Below are positions 10,645 to 23,800 of a stretch of DNA of 64,000 nt, piece after piece. Both the position numbers and the translations under genes were made by a program. The stretch covers positions 34,410,001-34,474,000 of the forward strand of contig OZ038378.1 in assembly GCA_964036045.1 (NCBI GenBank), written 5' to 3'. Position 1 is the first letter of the stretch. Every line of letters starts with the position of its first letter. The notes beneath the pieces were generated by a model. The model had not been told where the DNA came from and did no database searches. It worked only from the letters and a program-made list of their open reading frames with translations. Origin of the DNA: Eutreptiella sp. 'Long Island Sound 2002' (lineage: Eukaryota > Protista > Euglenida).

Positions 10645-13062
10645 CAACACCAGACCGCGGAGTCGCGCGCCGAGGTGATGCGCCAGCAGGCGGCCGCGGC
10701 CAAGCCGAAGCCCAAGGCACCGCCCCTGGCCAAGCGCAAGCCCAAGCCCAAGCCCCAACCCCAAGCCCAACATCGTCCTCCTCGGTTGCCAACCCCTCAC
10801 CCCTTGGCCGCCAAGACATCGGCCAAGGCAGTCAAGGAGCCGAAGGCGGTGGTCGACGGGGAAGAGGAGGACGAGCTGGAGTCGCTCTGTGGGGAGCTGC
10901 AAAGTCTCTCCAGTTCCCTGGCGGCGCAGAAGGAAGGAGGCAAAGGTGAAGGAGGAGGTGGTGGATGAAGTGTTGGAGGTGGAGGTGGAGGAGACAGTGA
11001 AGGAGACGGTGAAGGAGGAGGTGGCGGAGGAGAAGGCGTTGGGGACAGGGCAGTCGCAGAGGGTTTTTTTGGGGTCAGGGAGGCGGGGTCCATCCAGGAC
11101 CTGCCATGGCACCCCGCCGTCCTGGCCGGCCCCCACCCCCCAAACCTCGACCACGCCCTCCTTGTCCCCCCGGAGAGTTCGATTTGGACTCTCCGTTTTT
11201 GATGCACCGTGTGGGTCACAAATTTTTGGGGCAGGGGAGGTGGGTACGGGCGGACGAGGGGGGGGGGTCCACCGGGACAAACCCCTGCGGGTGGGGGGGG
11301 GGTTCCACGGGCCTGGTGCTGGCAACTAGAGTTTCCCGGGCGGAAGTCGGGGGAGGCGCCCCCCCCCCCCTCTGAAAAGGGGTGAAGATGTTTGAGTTGG
11401 CCCAACTCAACGTCTTCACCCCCGAGGTGAGAAGGGGGGGGGGGGGCACTGGCGGTTCATCGTCATGTGCTGGCACGCTATGGGACTGGGGGGTATGGAG
11501 TGTGTGGGGAGGTCCTGGACCTCGATGCTGACGTGGTCGGCAATCATGGAGATCGGGGGTTTCGACCCGTCGGCGGCCAACCGGGTTGCGTATGCCGGAT
11601 TGATGCACGGCATCTCCTCCCGCCCCAAGCCCAAGCCCAAGGTTCCCGCAACCCCCGCAACTGGGGGACCCCCGCACCCGCACCCCCCCAACCCCCGGGA
11701 CGCCTTCGCCTAGGCCCTAGGGGCCATCTCCCCCGCCCTTGACCAGCACGGCACGGTATGTTGGGTGCGTTCTAGCATTGATGTAGGGAAGCGTTCTAGC
11801 GTTGATCTAGCCAAACCGCCGCCGCTGCCGCTACCAGGTCGCTAGAACGTCGCTAGAATGGTTGCCTAGAACGCTGCACGAACACACCTGCCTCTTGTTT
11901 CTCTTCTTAGGTTGTGCGCCTGCAAACGTGTGGAGCCGACCCCCGCGGGATGTAGGTGGGGTGGCGCGGTGGGGGAGGCCGGTCGCACCTCGTGGGGGTC
12001 ACCGAGTTGGGCTGGATGTTGGGGAATGACCCCAACTTGGCCCTCTCGGTGCTGTACGGGTTGGCCAGGTGGGAGGCGGGTAGGAGCGGGGGGGGGGGGG
12101 GGGGGCATGGGCCCGCAGCGCAAGGGTTGGGTGAGGGTGGGGAAGGAGGAAGGGGAGACTAGCAGTAGCAGGCGGAGCAGCAGCAGCACCACCACCACCA
12201 CGACCAGCAGCGGGGAGAGGGCTCCCCCCGCCAAAATTCCCAACCCCCCCCCCCCAGGCCCCCAAAAAACCTAGGAAGCCACTTCGAGAGTAGCGAGGAA
12301 GACGCCACCCACCCCACAGCCCCCCCCCCCCCCGCCCAAGCCCAAGGCCAAGGCCAAGCCCAAAGCCAAGGGCAAGGCCAAGCCCCCCCCCCCCCCCAAC
12401 CCTAGGCCCCCGCTTTGGAGAACAGGGGCCGGGACCCCTCTGGGAATGTGCCATGTGTGGGGGACACCCGGTATGTCCCTTGGGCGGAGTGGGGCAATCG
12501 GGGGACCGCCAGCCAAGTGACGGTGTTCGGGGGTTGGGATGAGGAGTTGGACCCTAGGGATTGGTGGGTGGTGTCGCAGGGGTCCAATGGGGAGGGGGGG
12601 GAGAAGGGGAAGAAGGGGAAGAAGAGGAAGCGGGAGAAAGAGGGGGGCACCTTCCGGGTGCTGGGGGAGCTCCTCTTCCGCAACCGAGAGGAGGCGGAGG
12701 CCCACCTCCGGGAGGCCTTGAAGGAGGGGGACGACGGGGACAATGGGGATGACGGGGATGACCAGGGGGACCAGGGTGACGACAAGGGGGAGGGGGGTGA
12801 CAAGGGGGGTGAGGTGGGGGGTGCGAAGGGGGGTGAGAAGGAAGGGGACACGGAGGGTGAGAAGGGGGGTGCCGGGCAAAGATGCGCCCCGGCAACCCCC
12901 CACCACGCAAGAGAGGTAACCTGCGTGTCGCGACTCGCGAAAGGGGGCCGGGGGGACAGGGGCAGTAATCGGGCTCACCGGGCTAATCGGGCTAACCCAC
13001 CACCAAGTGATTCGGTGCCGGCCCGCCAAGTGACCTTCCAAGTGACCTATGGTGTGGGGTGA
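10645..13062 (+). pseudogene. Family 2 downstream coding exons (10645-11755, 11911-~13062), accessory protein or transposase C-terminal extension
   Basis: PKPKPK- and E-rich low-complexity segments plus blocks homologous to family 1 (CVGRSWTSMLTWSAIMEIGGFDPS; VGWR...DPNLALSVLYGLARWE; LLFRNREEAE). Confidence 0.65.
11756..11910 (+). other. GT-AG intron 3 of family 2 with inverted TTCTAGC/CGCTAGAA array
   Basis: ggcacg|GTATGT...ttcttAG|gttgtg; near-duplicate motif layout of intron 2. Confidence 0.8.
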
Positions 13063-13189
13063 GGGGCTAACAGGCGGGGAACCCGGCGCTCCGTGAGTCG
13101 GGTCGAGCATCGTGACCATGAGATTGGCCACGGCTGGCCATGGTAGCCGGGGCAGCTTCTTTTTGAGGAGTGGCGGAGCATTCATATAC

Positions 13190-13272
13190 ATTGTTCTAGC
13201 GACGGTCTAGCGAAGCGTTCTAGCGACGTTCTAGCGGCGCTCGCTAGAACGTCGCTAGAACATCGCTAGAAC
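13190..13272 (+). repeat. Subterminal foldback array of family 2 (4x TCTAGCG then 3x CGCTAGAAC)
   Basis: Read directly; same motif as in the introns and the TIR. Confidence 0.9.
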
Positions 13273-13455
13273 GAAAATTTTTTGGACTCCAAAATCACGT
13301 GAAAACAATGAAATTTCTGAAAAAAAGCCATGGGCCCCCGTGTACGGAGAGGGGGGTCCAGGTTACAACCCTCAAAGTACCCACACCCCCCCCCCCATGT
13401 GGGGGGGTAACCAACTCTTTTTTCCGTTCTAGCGTTCTAGTGTCGTCTAGGCTGC

Positions 13456-13488
13456 AACGAGATTGGGTCATCTAGACTGTACCAAGGG
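13456..13488 (-). repeat. Right TIR of family 2 element
   Basis: aacgagattgggtcatctagactgtaccaaggg. Confidence 0.92.
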
Positions 13489-16400
13489 CACACCTCCTCC
13501 AGGAGGCCATCCATTTTGGCCACATGGGCCGTGGCGGTGCTGTCCGGCTTGGAGAGGAAGGTGACCGGTGGGGCATAGGACTCCTCCTTGAGCCACCGGT
13601 ACACCGCCCCGTGGTCGGTGGACGAGGCCTACTGCAGCCAGGCATGCCACTCCTGCGGGCGCTCCATGTCCTCTGCCCGGAGAGTCGTCTTTGCCATGCT
13701 CGCCAGCGCTGTGCGCAGGCAACGCAGTGGCTCCGACAGGGCCAACCAATCTAACGTGCCGCCCAGTTCCAAGCTGGCGTATGCCGGGCCTAGGGCGCGG
13801 AGCCGATTGAGGCGGTACCGGAGCGCACCACGCCTGCACAGTGCAAGGCGCCGCGGCACCCATGCCGTGCGGAGGGCGCTCCAGCTAGGGAAGCACTTCG
13901 TGGAGGGGCCCCTGGGTCACTTGGATGCGCGCCACGGGGCAGGTGAGTGGCTCCACGGTGCCCCTATCGCTGGTTCGGGCAGAGGCGCACCTCGCCGAGT
14001 AGCCGGTGGGTCGCCCTACCCCGGGGCAGGTGCGGAAGGACGAGCGGCAGAGCGGCCCCCACCGGCAGCGTGTCCGGAGTGACATCCGGGCAAGAGAGGG
14101 CGAGGAGGGTCTCCTCCGCCGCCGTGGTCTAGTAGGCCCACACCGAGTCGACGCCGCCCGTGGCCAATGGCGCCCGCCAACCAGCCTCCAAGGGTTCTAG
14201 GAGACGGTCCACAAAAAGGAGGCGCTCGTGCTCTTCCCGCGGCGCCAACAATGGGCTTGGGGCACACGACTTCACCACGCGCCGGGAAGCTCCCCGCAGG
14301 TGGAGGTCAAAGTGAACCAGGGTATGGCCCGGTATTGTCCCCCGCGGGAGTACCTCTGCTGCGTGCGGGTGCGCCGCCAGCAACGTGTCCACCATCAGCG
14401 TGTGGATGCGCGAGGGCCGCGTGCCCTTCGACCCCTGGTAGGAGCCGAGGGGGGCCCGCCCGGTGGCCAACGTGAACTCGAGGTCCGCATCCACCAGTCG
14501 GTGGATGAGGAGGGCCGCTAGGTTGGATGGCGGGGCGCATCGGGTGGTTGAGGTCAAAGTTGAGGTCTCCGCACACCAAATTAGCTGCTGCCCCATGCCG
14601 CGCCACATACTGAGCGGCCTGGTCCCAGAAGGCCCATTTCAAGGCCAGCTGCGAGGAGACGCCGTAGGCCGCCCAGGTGTGCAGCGACTGCGACCCCCGC
14701 CCAAACCCCACCAGGACATGCCACCACCGGGTAGAGTCCCATAGGGCTTGAGCCAACGAGTCTGCCTTGTCCTGGAGCGCCCTTTTAGGGGAGCACCTGC
14801 CTCGCCGGGATGGCGTGGCGCACCAGGATGTCCATGCCCCCGGGCGGCGCGTCCCAAATGCCCCCCCCCCCCCTGGGACTCTAGCGGCGCACCCGAGAAG
14901 GCCTGCCACCCCAACGCCCCCGCTTGGGCCCGCATCACTTGTTGGGCGACCGCCGTCAGTCGGGTGTGAGAGAGGAGGACCAGGTCCGCCTGCCAGTTGA
15001 ACACCGTGTGCCAATGCATGCACAAGGACGTGACATCGGCCTGTGCCACACACAAAGGCCCTGGGTGGGGGTGTACATCTTCGCACCACAATAGCACTGT
15101 GTCCCCCCCTCCCTGAGCTTAGCCCCCCACAGGGAGACAACATGGGCTAGAGCACAGGGAGGCCCCGGGCGGTGCCCCCTCCCTAGGGAGACCTCATGGC
15201 CAGTCGGTGTGTAGACACCCTCTTGCCGGTGAAGAGACCCGGGCCTCCGGGCACCTCCATATGGGGTGGTGTGTGGAGGGGAGGGGGGGGGAAGGGGGTG
15301 CTCTCAGCAACGCGGTATAGTGGGGGGGGGTGTCCTCAATCCACCGAAGGATAACACATCTAGTGGTCAGTGAACAAGGGACAAGGGGACAGGTTAGGGG
15401 CAGCTGCGCATGCCTACAGGTTAGCGGCGGACCCAGGGCCGTAGGCGCCCGTAGCACCAGCTCCGGGCTCAAGGAGACGAAGGTCACCAGCCCGAGCTGG
15501 GCACGCCCGGCGGAGGGGGGGGCGGTGTGGGGGGAGGTGGCGGGCCGTTGCCGTTGGGAAGCGGCATGGGGGGGCTGGGGTGCGGGAGGGATGACCGTGC
15601 TCCCACCCCTCGGCGAGGCGATCGGCCTCAGAGGCCGCCTTGTGCACAAGGTCCCGGCGGTGGCTAGGGGGGACGCGGTGGAGGATGTTTGGCCACAAGG
15701 CGGTGGCCCAGACCTCGCCCGGCTCTGGCAAGGTGACCCACCAGACGTCGGTGACCCTGTGGAGCAGGGAGTGCACCTCCGCCGCCACCCCGCCACGTCG
15801 TTGACGGGTCAGTGTCCAGAGGGGGTCGGGGGGGTTGGCGGGCGGGGTTGTTGTCCCACACCCGGCCCCACCAATCCACCGCCACGGCGTGGGGCCCGTC
15901 GGCGGTTGTCTCTCCCTCGAAGTTTGCGCAGGTGCGAGCAGTCGGGGGGGTCCCAACGCTCCACTCTCCCGCCATGGCGGGCCGGCCTCCACAACGCTTG
16001 GGCGCTTGGGCAATGGTCACCCCCTTGGTCCCTAACTCTAACCCTCGAGGGGCCTTGCACAGCGCACAACCACAGGGGGCCATCCGCGCGTTGATGGTGG
16101 GTCTGCCGCCACCCGTTCCAAGCCCCAGCAAGGATGTCCCGGAGGCCCAAGACCCCAGGGCATAGCCCCTCAATGCGGGCAAGGACACAGGCGCCGAGGG
16201 CCCATCTCCGTCACTGGCGGGGATCGGGGAACACTCGGGCGGCTTGGCCGTACCACGACCGTAGCAGTGCGAGGCTGTGGTGCCGCCGTCAGTGCTGAAA
16301 GAAGGGGAGGGCTGGACCTTGGCGCCCTCACCCTCGATCCCGGCCTGGACGCCGGCCAGGTCCCCGCCGAGGGCCTCGCACCATGTGTAAAAGATGAAGT

Positions 16401-16569
16401 CTAGCAGAGCGAAATGCAAAAATGCCACTGCAGCGGGGGGGGCGCCTGTTTAGCCGCCCCGCTCCCCCCCCTCACAGCCCTCGCCGCGGATAGTTTGCCC
16501 TATCCCTTTGGTTCCCCTTGGTGCCTTTTCATGTTCCCCCCCCCCTGGGGGGGGGGGGGGGGGCACCCA

Positions 16570-16665
16570 CTGGGCACCAAGGGGGCACCAAGAGGGTGCC
16601 TAGTGGGCACCAAGGGGGCACACAATGGGCACCAAGGGGGCACCCAGTAGGCACCAAGGGGGGAA
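16570..16665 (+). repeat. Minisatellite of GGCACCAAGGGGGCAC-like units (~5)
   Basis: Read directly. Confidence 0.75.
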
Positions 16666-17574
16666 AAAGTGTCCCGTGGCGCGGTCCCGGTGGACAGCCG
16701 CAGAGCCACGGTAGCAAGGTCCCCTATCATACTGCCACCGCCCCTTCCTGGGATGGGACCCCCTGCCACTACCCGCGCCTCAGCCCCCCCCCCAAGAGGG
16801 AACTTAGGGCCATCACCTCACCCCAGGGAGTCCGCATGGACTGTGGGCGTGTAGATACCCTGTGCCGGGGAGAGAGTCTGGGCCCTGAGGCCAATCCAGG
16901 GGAGGGGCAGCCGCGGCGGAGACCGCCGCCACCACCACCACCACCTGTGCCGGGTGTGACCGGCATGGTTGCAGGGATTTGCTCACGGTGCCCCCCCCCC
17001 CCCCCCCTCCCTAGTGACCCGGCGTCGCGGGCGTCGGCGCCAGCCCCGGTGGGCAGGCGGCAATCCACACATAGAAGGTCAAGACGTGGAGGGCCAAGAA
17101 CATTACATGATGTCCTAGTCCTCCTCGTGCACGTCGATGGCCGACTCCGCGTTGGCCATGGCCAAGTCACCCGTGTGGTGCGGGGCCTCTGCCGCTGTGG
17201 CGGGCTGCGCCCCCTTCCCTGACCCCTCCAAACGTGTCATCCGCGCCCGCGGGCTCACCGGCTGGAGCTGCGGGTCGGCCGCTCACGCGGTCGGGGAGGC
17301 GGGTGTCCGGGGCGCCCAGCCAGACACCCTGCCAGTCCTCCGGCACCCCCCTGTGAAAATTCAGCATTCAACGGACCGATGGAAGTTTGTGTGAAGGGTC
17401 AATCAAGCATACTTGGAAAGACAACAGTGACAAGATGTTTCGAAGGTTACCAAAGGCATCAAGATGAGGACACGTTCTCTGGATGGTCGAAACGATGAAG
17501 CATTCGCAAGGAGACTTTGGCATCATCCTGTCCTGATAGAGTTTGGAACTAGTTTTACCAATTAATATGAAGCA

Positions 17575-19636
17575 CTAGTTATTGGCGGGGTCAAAGACCA
17601 GCCGGTCGAGGGTGCTGTGGGCCAGCTGGGTGCAGCGGTGGACGCGGATGTTCACCTCCGACCCAAAGGCCTCCTTAGCGTAGCGGCGGAGCTGCGCGTA
17701 ATCATCCACCACCAGGCCCAGTGGCGCCGGGTAGCCCCGGACCCGGACACGAGTGGTTTGGGATGGGGCCGGCGCGTCCAGCAGGCCGGCGATGTGCGCC
17801 ACCACCCCGGGGTTCGCCGGTTTGGGCCCCCAGCGGCGCACCCCCACGTTGCCGGGCGTGCCCCCATCCACTAGGCTAGCGAACGTCTGGAGCTCCTGGT
17901 CCTCGGCCAGCGTCTTCCAGACCTGCAGGGAGGGCCCGCGACGCTCCGGTGGCTGCTCGAACCACAACACGTGCGCGGGGTGCTAGCAGGCGGAGCCAGT
18001 GACAATCCAGTTGCGGAAATGGACCCCGTGGGTCTTGCCATTGACACGCAGGAGCAGCGGCGCCACCTTTGTCGGGTGGTCCGTGGGGACCTGCACCATT
18101 GACCCCCGCACCGCATCATGCATGGGCGGGATGCGGCAAGGCAGCCCCCATCAGCGGCTTGAGGTGCCACCAGGAGTGGTCCTTGCCGAACGAGCCCACC
18201 TGGAGCCGCCGCAGGTCGGTGTCCGTAGGGTTGCTGGGCCCCGGACACATACATACATGCGCACCGTGGACGGCAAGGGGTCCAGCGCAGCGGCGTCCAC
18301 GTCCAGGAGTTCAGCCGTCTCCCGCTCGTCTTCCTCCGGGAGGCGCTCCCAGACCAGCTGGAGCACGTGTCCCGGGGGGACAGGGTCTACCACCTCCGGG
18401 TTTGCCGTCTCCCAGGGTTGGCGCTCGGTCCAGACCACGCCTTGGGGGGAGGTTCTCGAGACCGCGAGGCTGGTATTCGAGCGGCGGAGGGCCTGCAGCA
18501 AGGTTGCTACGGTGGGGGCCGCCTTGCTGCGCCTCTAGACGTGCACCAACGCGGTGACCCGTTGGATGCCGTCGTGGTTTGCGATGGCGGCCACAGCCGT
18601 CATCAATATCGTCCTTTGGGGACCGGGGGGCGTCGAGGAGGGGACCGCCCCCCCGCCCCCCCCCCCCCCCAGACAAGCCCGGGTGGCACGAGCTATGCCT
18701 TGGCGGCACGGTCCACGACCCGGGGCACCCGCCTGGGTGCGGTCCGGGTGGTGGCAGCCGCTAGCCGCGCCAAGGCAACACCCCCACCGGTGCAGCCCAT
18801 GGCGCCTCTGGGCCATGATACCCTCGACGACGGCGGTGCAGCCGCGCCGCCTCTACCACGGTGAATGCCGGGACACAATCCGGGAGTAGGGTATCACCCA
18901 GGTCACCCTTGGGCGCAACCCGGCGGAGTGGAGGCAGCCCTCCCAAGAGGGAGCCCTGCGGTGCGTGGCCCTTGTGGGCCCAACCGGGCTGCGAGGAGGC
19001 GAAGGGGTGGACGGGGAGGTGCCCCGCCCGGCAGATGCATCCATTGCGATGCTCCAAGCTCCGCTAGCCGCTACCCTTCCCCGTCCACGAGAGGGGGGGG
19101 GGCGCCGGACGATGGGACTGCGCCAAGGGCTGCTGCACCTGGGCGTTCCGGGAGCGGCGGTTGGGGCCTCCTCCCACTAGCTGCCAGGCAGGCGCCGTCC
19201 GGGCCGTGTCCGATTTGGGCACAGAGGCCTGCTGCGGATTCTTGGGGGCCGCTTTCTTCGCGGAAGCGGCTATCGCCGCCGTCGTCGTCGCCACTGCTGC
19301 TAGGGCGGCTGGGTCCAGGGCCGGGGCTGGCTCGCCCCGCGGTTCCGCGCCCCGCGATTCCGCGAGCTCATGGCGGAGCGTGTTAATGACGCCCTCCAGG
19401 GACGCGATCTGGCGCTGCAGCGAGGCGATCATCGCCTGCTCAGCGGTAGGAAGGGGGAGGGGCGGGTGCTGGGCGGGCCTGCGGCCCCCTTTTTTCCCCC
19501 TGGAGCGGGAGCAGTTGTGCGCCGCCCCCTCGTCGGTGTTCGCGGGCCGAGCGCCCGCAAGGAAAGGAGCTAGCGCTGCGCCTATGGCCGTAAGGACCGC
19601 GGGGCGCTGTAGGAGGGCAGCCAATTGGGTGGCCAC
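17575..19636 (-). pseudogene. Probable LINE-A ORF1 (gag-like; coiled coil AMIASLQRQIASLEGVINTLRHELAE), frameshifted
   Basis: Chain of minus-strand ORFs 19636-19064, 18816-18535, 18501-18151 and 17970-17575, upstream of the endonuclease. Confidence 0.55.
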
Positions 19637-20455
19637 CCCAGTTGGCTGGGCGCGCGGGCGAAGGAAAAGGGGGACGCAAAGGCGTCAAACAAGAGACGAG
19701 AAAGTTGTGGTTCAGCTTGGCAGCCTCACCACGTGCAGGTTCACAACAAGAGGCCTGAAAAAAAGGTGGAAATGGGTGAAACTAGGTGAAAATCCAAAAA
19801 TGCCATATCCCCAATGTGGAAGAGTATCAAAACCTACTCTCAAACAACAATGATGCCCCCCTAGTATCACAAAGTATGGGTCTGTAGACGCCCAAATAGT
19901 TGCACTGCGCTTGCACCGCGCGCGCACTACGCTAAGTGCGCCCTCCAGGTGCTGCTTCTGCCCCCGGGCGTCCCTCTCACGCCGACACCATGCACCATCG
20001 CAGTCAGTCTTTCCCAAGACGGCGCAGTTTGGAGGGTGCTTACCACCGCCACAGGGCACACATTGGGGGTGGGCTAACCGACGACAGTTGATGGGTGACT
20101 GACGGGCATTGGGTCCGAGAATGGTGGTTCGTCCGGAAGTGATAGCGGTTACCGGTGGGCGGTCGAGTGGCTGAGTTTTGGGCATAGCAGAAGGGTTGTG
20201 TCAGGCTTGCAGGCCACTTGGCACCCCTGATCCAGCATCATGCCCTGGTGTCTGGTGCAGACAGGGAGAAGATTTTGATTGCAGAAAGTCTGTACACCCG
20301 GACTGGCGGTGGGTGCTGGACCGTTGGCAGTTGATGTTGACGTTGCGGTCAACTGGCTGGCCGCCAGCAAATGCCCTCTGTGTATATCCTGGGTGCCACT
20401 CCCCCAGTGGGGTTCGCTAAATGTGTTCACTGAGACCTGCCATTACGTGTCGCAG

Positions 20456-20684
20456 GTGTTGCGGTCTATTGCGAGTGCTTCCATGGCTGGACGGGGCCCA
20501 ACTGCTCGACGCCGGTCCCGCTTCCGCTGAAAACGAAGCCCAAGGCCGCCATCGTCTACCTGCTGTACGGGCGCGTGGAGTACTTTCAGGACATGGTGTC
20601 CACGCTGCCCCGGCTGGACAAGTTCTTCAATGCACAATTTCAATATCCAGTGGTCATATTCCACTCTGAAAATTACAAAAACCG
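20456..20684 (+). CDS. Host gene exon: EGF-like repeat plus start of GT15 alpha-1,2-mannosyltransferase-like domain
   Basis: cgcAG|...CECFHGWTGPNCS...KAAIVYLL...LPRLDKFFNAQFQYPVVIFHSENYKN-cg|GT. A further upstream exon (~20284-20411, followed by a 44-nt intron) is possible. Confidence 0.85.
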
Positions 20685-20879
20685 GTGTGCACCACAATGG
20701 GGGGGTCCGTGAGGGAGGACTCCATTCATCAAATTCTGTACAAAAGTTTCATGATTTGCGTAGCATTTTTTCGTATATTCTCCTGTTCAATACCATAGGC
20801 CCAAAGTACAATGCAACATGCGCTTTGACACTTGTACAACAATTCCATCACAAGCTTCCACACAACTGCGTGGCAATAG

Positions 20880-23800
20880 TAGGGACACGATTTCAAGTAT
20901 TCCCTGGTTCGTCATGGGCACAACCGTCCGCGCTAGCTGAAAAATCGGCTAGTGTCGGCTAGTCAGAAATTTTCCATTTTTCCAGTCGGCTAGTTCGGCT
21001 AGTAGAATTTATCACAGGCAATAGAGGGAAGATGGTGAGGCTGTGGAAACATGGGGAAAGTGGTGTGGAAAGATGGAAAAAATGGGAAATTTCTCCCACA
21101 TTGATGCAGTTTTTTCGCATTTTTATCCCATTTCCATCAGGTGCACACATCTTTTGCAAAGATGTGCACTTGTAGTATTACCTGTAGTTCCATTTTTGGA
21201 TTCTCCATTTTTCCGTGTGGTGTTGGGTACGCCCTGGTGTTGTTCCATTATTGGCAGAGCAATGGATGTCCCCCTTTTTAAAGCACACAATGGGAGCACT
21301 TTTGTCAAGAAGAATCACTGCGATCATTTGAATTGGGTGTCCGCCTGTCAGTCTTCAAAGAAGTTGGGGAAGAAGACGAAAATGGGAAGAGCAAAGTGTA
21401 TGATGCGGCGGACATTGGAGTTATATTACCTGCGGGTTTGTGTAGTCTGCAAGCCGTCGCCGTTTTTGACGGTTTTGCAGTTTTTCCAATATGTTTTATG
21501 TTTTTTAGCATGTTCGGGAGGTCGCGCCCCTAAGTATTTGAAAGAGGAGGATGTGCTGCCCATCATTGTTCTTGGCAAAAGGGAGGAGGCTGCTGCTTTT
21601 TTTTTTTTTTGCTGAGCAGCACCAATTGTTGCTGCCTGCTGAACCACAACCTGAACCTGAGAAGAAAAATGCTGCACCTGAAGACCATGAAAATGTGCGG
21701 CCTGTAGAGGACGGTAAAGAAATTTCAGTCATACAGGTCTGTTTTTCATTCCATGCGCTCCTTATGTGCACCATTTTTGGCCTGTTTTTCGATTTTTGGC
21801 ACCACATTTTGTGCCACTGGGACTGGGCAATGACATTGAGCGGCTCTTGCAAGTATCCCATTGTCTACACCAAGGGCTGTTTAGCAAAACGCCGTCCTGG
21901 ATTTTGAAGTTGAGTAAGCTGCGGGCCATTTGCACGCCGCAAATCCAAGCCATTTGCTCTTACATTGTTGAGGGCTTGCATACACAGGGTGGGATAGCGA
22001 GAGAGCATGAATGTCATGTTAAGTCTTTTGTCCACCGCACGTTCATCTCTGCGGTGCAATCTACACAATCAATAGGAGTGCAGTGTGATGCAACAGTGCA
22101 ATCTCTAGTGGAACCTGCAGAATCAATAGGGGTGCAATATCCAGTGGAATCTGCAGAATTAACAAGGGTGCAGTGTGATACACCAGATGAAGATAGGAGC
22201 CATGCGCCTATCCCATGCCCTCCTGGTGACCCCACTTGTAAGCCTGCCCATGCCCAGCCCTGCACTCCATATGCTTTACAGCAAGCAGTTGATCGATTTG
22301 GGAAGTATGGTATTGTGGTAGATACTAACCAACTGTTGTGCCAGTGCTGTATCAAGAAGGGTTTCAGTTTGAAGCAAGTTGCTGACCACATCATCATAGA
22401 TGACCATGAGGCAAGGGTGTGGGCCACAGACTGGAAATGCAGGGTGCACATGGTTGCAGGGTTTGCTCGTAGGCAAGATGTGCATGCTGCTGATGATGCT
22501 AGAAGGAAAGAGGCAGCACAGAAAAAAAGGAGGGAAACAGCAACAAGAGGCCCCAGGCAGAAATGTCTGCCACCCACGCTGAGGAGCTGAGGAACGTAAG
22601 CGCCGGCGCAAAGAGTTGCAGGACACCCCCATCCCTCCTTTGCCCATCCCAGACGGTGTCACTTTGTCAACTCCAGCTCTACTCACAGATGCCAAGATCC
22701 AGGGACCAGCACAGAGGCGCCAAAAACTGTGTGAGGGTTACCCGAGGATGCTATTTGCAATGGGAATTCCCCTTTACTCCACAAGAAAACAAATACCCTG
22801 GCTGAAGCACCATTTGCGGGATCGGGGGTATCTACCCGATGATGAGTCCTCACTCCAGAAGGTCTATGGTCCAAGTGTTATACAAACTGAGAATTGCAAC
22901 ATCCTTGAGCATATTTTCAAGGAAAGGGACAATGGAGAAGTAGTAATTGTTGATGAAACGTTAGACACCATGGGGGATTGTGAACTTGTGAACATTGTGG
23001 TGGTTACCAATGAAGTAGCATATTTTTGTATATTTTTGTGATACAATCTTCATTGATGCTGACCGGGAAGAGGGGGAGAAATATGGGGATGCCTTTGGGA
23101 GCAGTGTGGTGGAGTGGTGGGACAAGTATTTTGGCCGCTTTGAGCCCCCAGACAGCACCCCCTGCGCTATAGTGCGACTGCATATGTATCCGACAAGGTA
23201 AATTGTAACGTTGGGGCCTTCAAAAGGCAATTGCAGCCCCGCCTCCCCAATGCATTCCATGTCAGATGTGTGGCACATGTGTTGAGTTTGGTTGGGGCAA
23301 TATTCCAAGAACATGAGCATTTGGCAATTTCGCGAGACTACATGATGAAGACCTGATCATTCTTGAAGGGGAAAAAATGTGTGTCGCAGGAACCGGCTAC
23401 GCAAGTTCTTCAAGGGGCATCCTGAAGGTGCTTCTATGAATGTGCCACCTGACTGGGCTGACACACGTTGGTCTGGGTGGCATGACTGTGTTGTGTGGCA
23501 TGCCAAACATTTTGTTATTTTCAAACAGTGGCTGGCACAAGAAGTACAGTTTGAAGGTTGCCCTGCTAGCGTCAAAGATTTGCTTGACTGACTGCAGGGT
23601 AATACAGACTGGTACGTTTGCGGGCCATATTTGTTGTAGAGCGTGCTCAACAAATTTTTGAAGTCACGGAGCGTGTGCAGGTGTCAGTGGCCGCCACATT
23701 TCACAAGGAGGAAGAAAACCGACTGCCGAAAGCACATATGCACTGTGTGTACAACCGCTTGTAGTCATTGCATGCATCCTTGACCGCCATTGTAGATAAA

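Larger units (their letters stand above)
8378..13488 (+). mobile_element. RAG1/Transib-like DNA transposon family 2 (5111 bp)
   Basis: 33-bp TIRs with 3 mismatches, 2-bp CA TSD (8376-8377 and 13489-13490). It interrupts LINE-A exactly; the empty site ccgccacacctcc is seen in copy 1 near 1255-1270. Confidence 0.92.
13489..19690 (-). mobile_element. LINE-A copy 2, 5' portion (ORF1, long pre-endonuclease region, APE endonuclease ~15100-14290, linker)
   Basis: QADLVLLSHTRL, LVCGDLNFDL and SRIH...GH motifs. Coiled-coil ORF at 19636-19064. The 5' boundary is approximate, and assigning 16140-19690 to this element is inferred from continuity and strand. Confidence 0.75.

Noticed and set aside
8378-13488. 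piggyBac assignment from CCC termini
   Set aside because: No TTAA TSD and no piggyBac motifs; TSDs are 2 bp.
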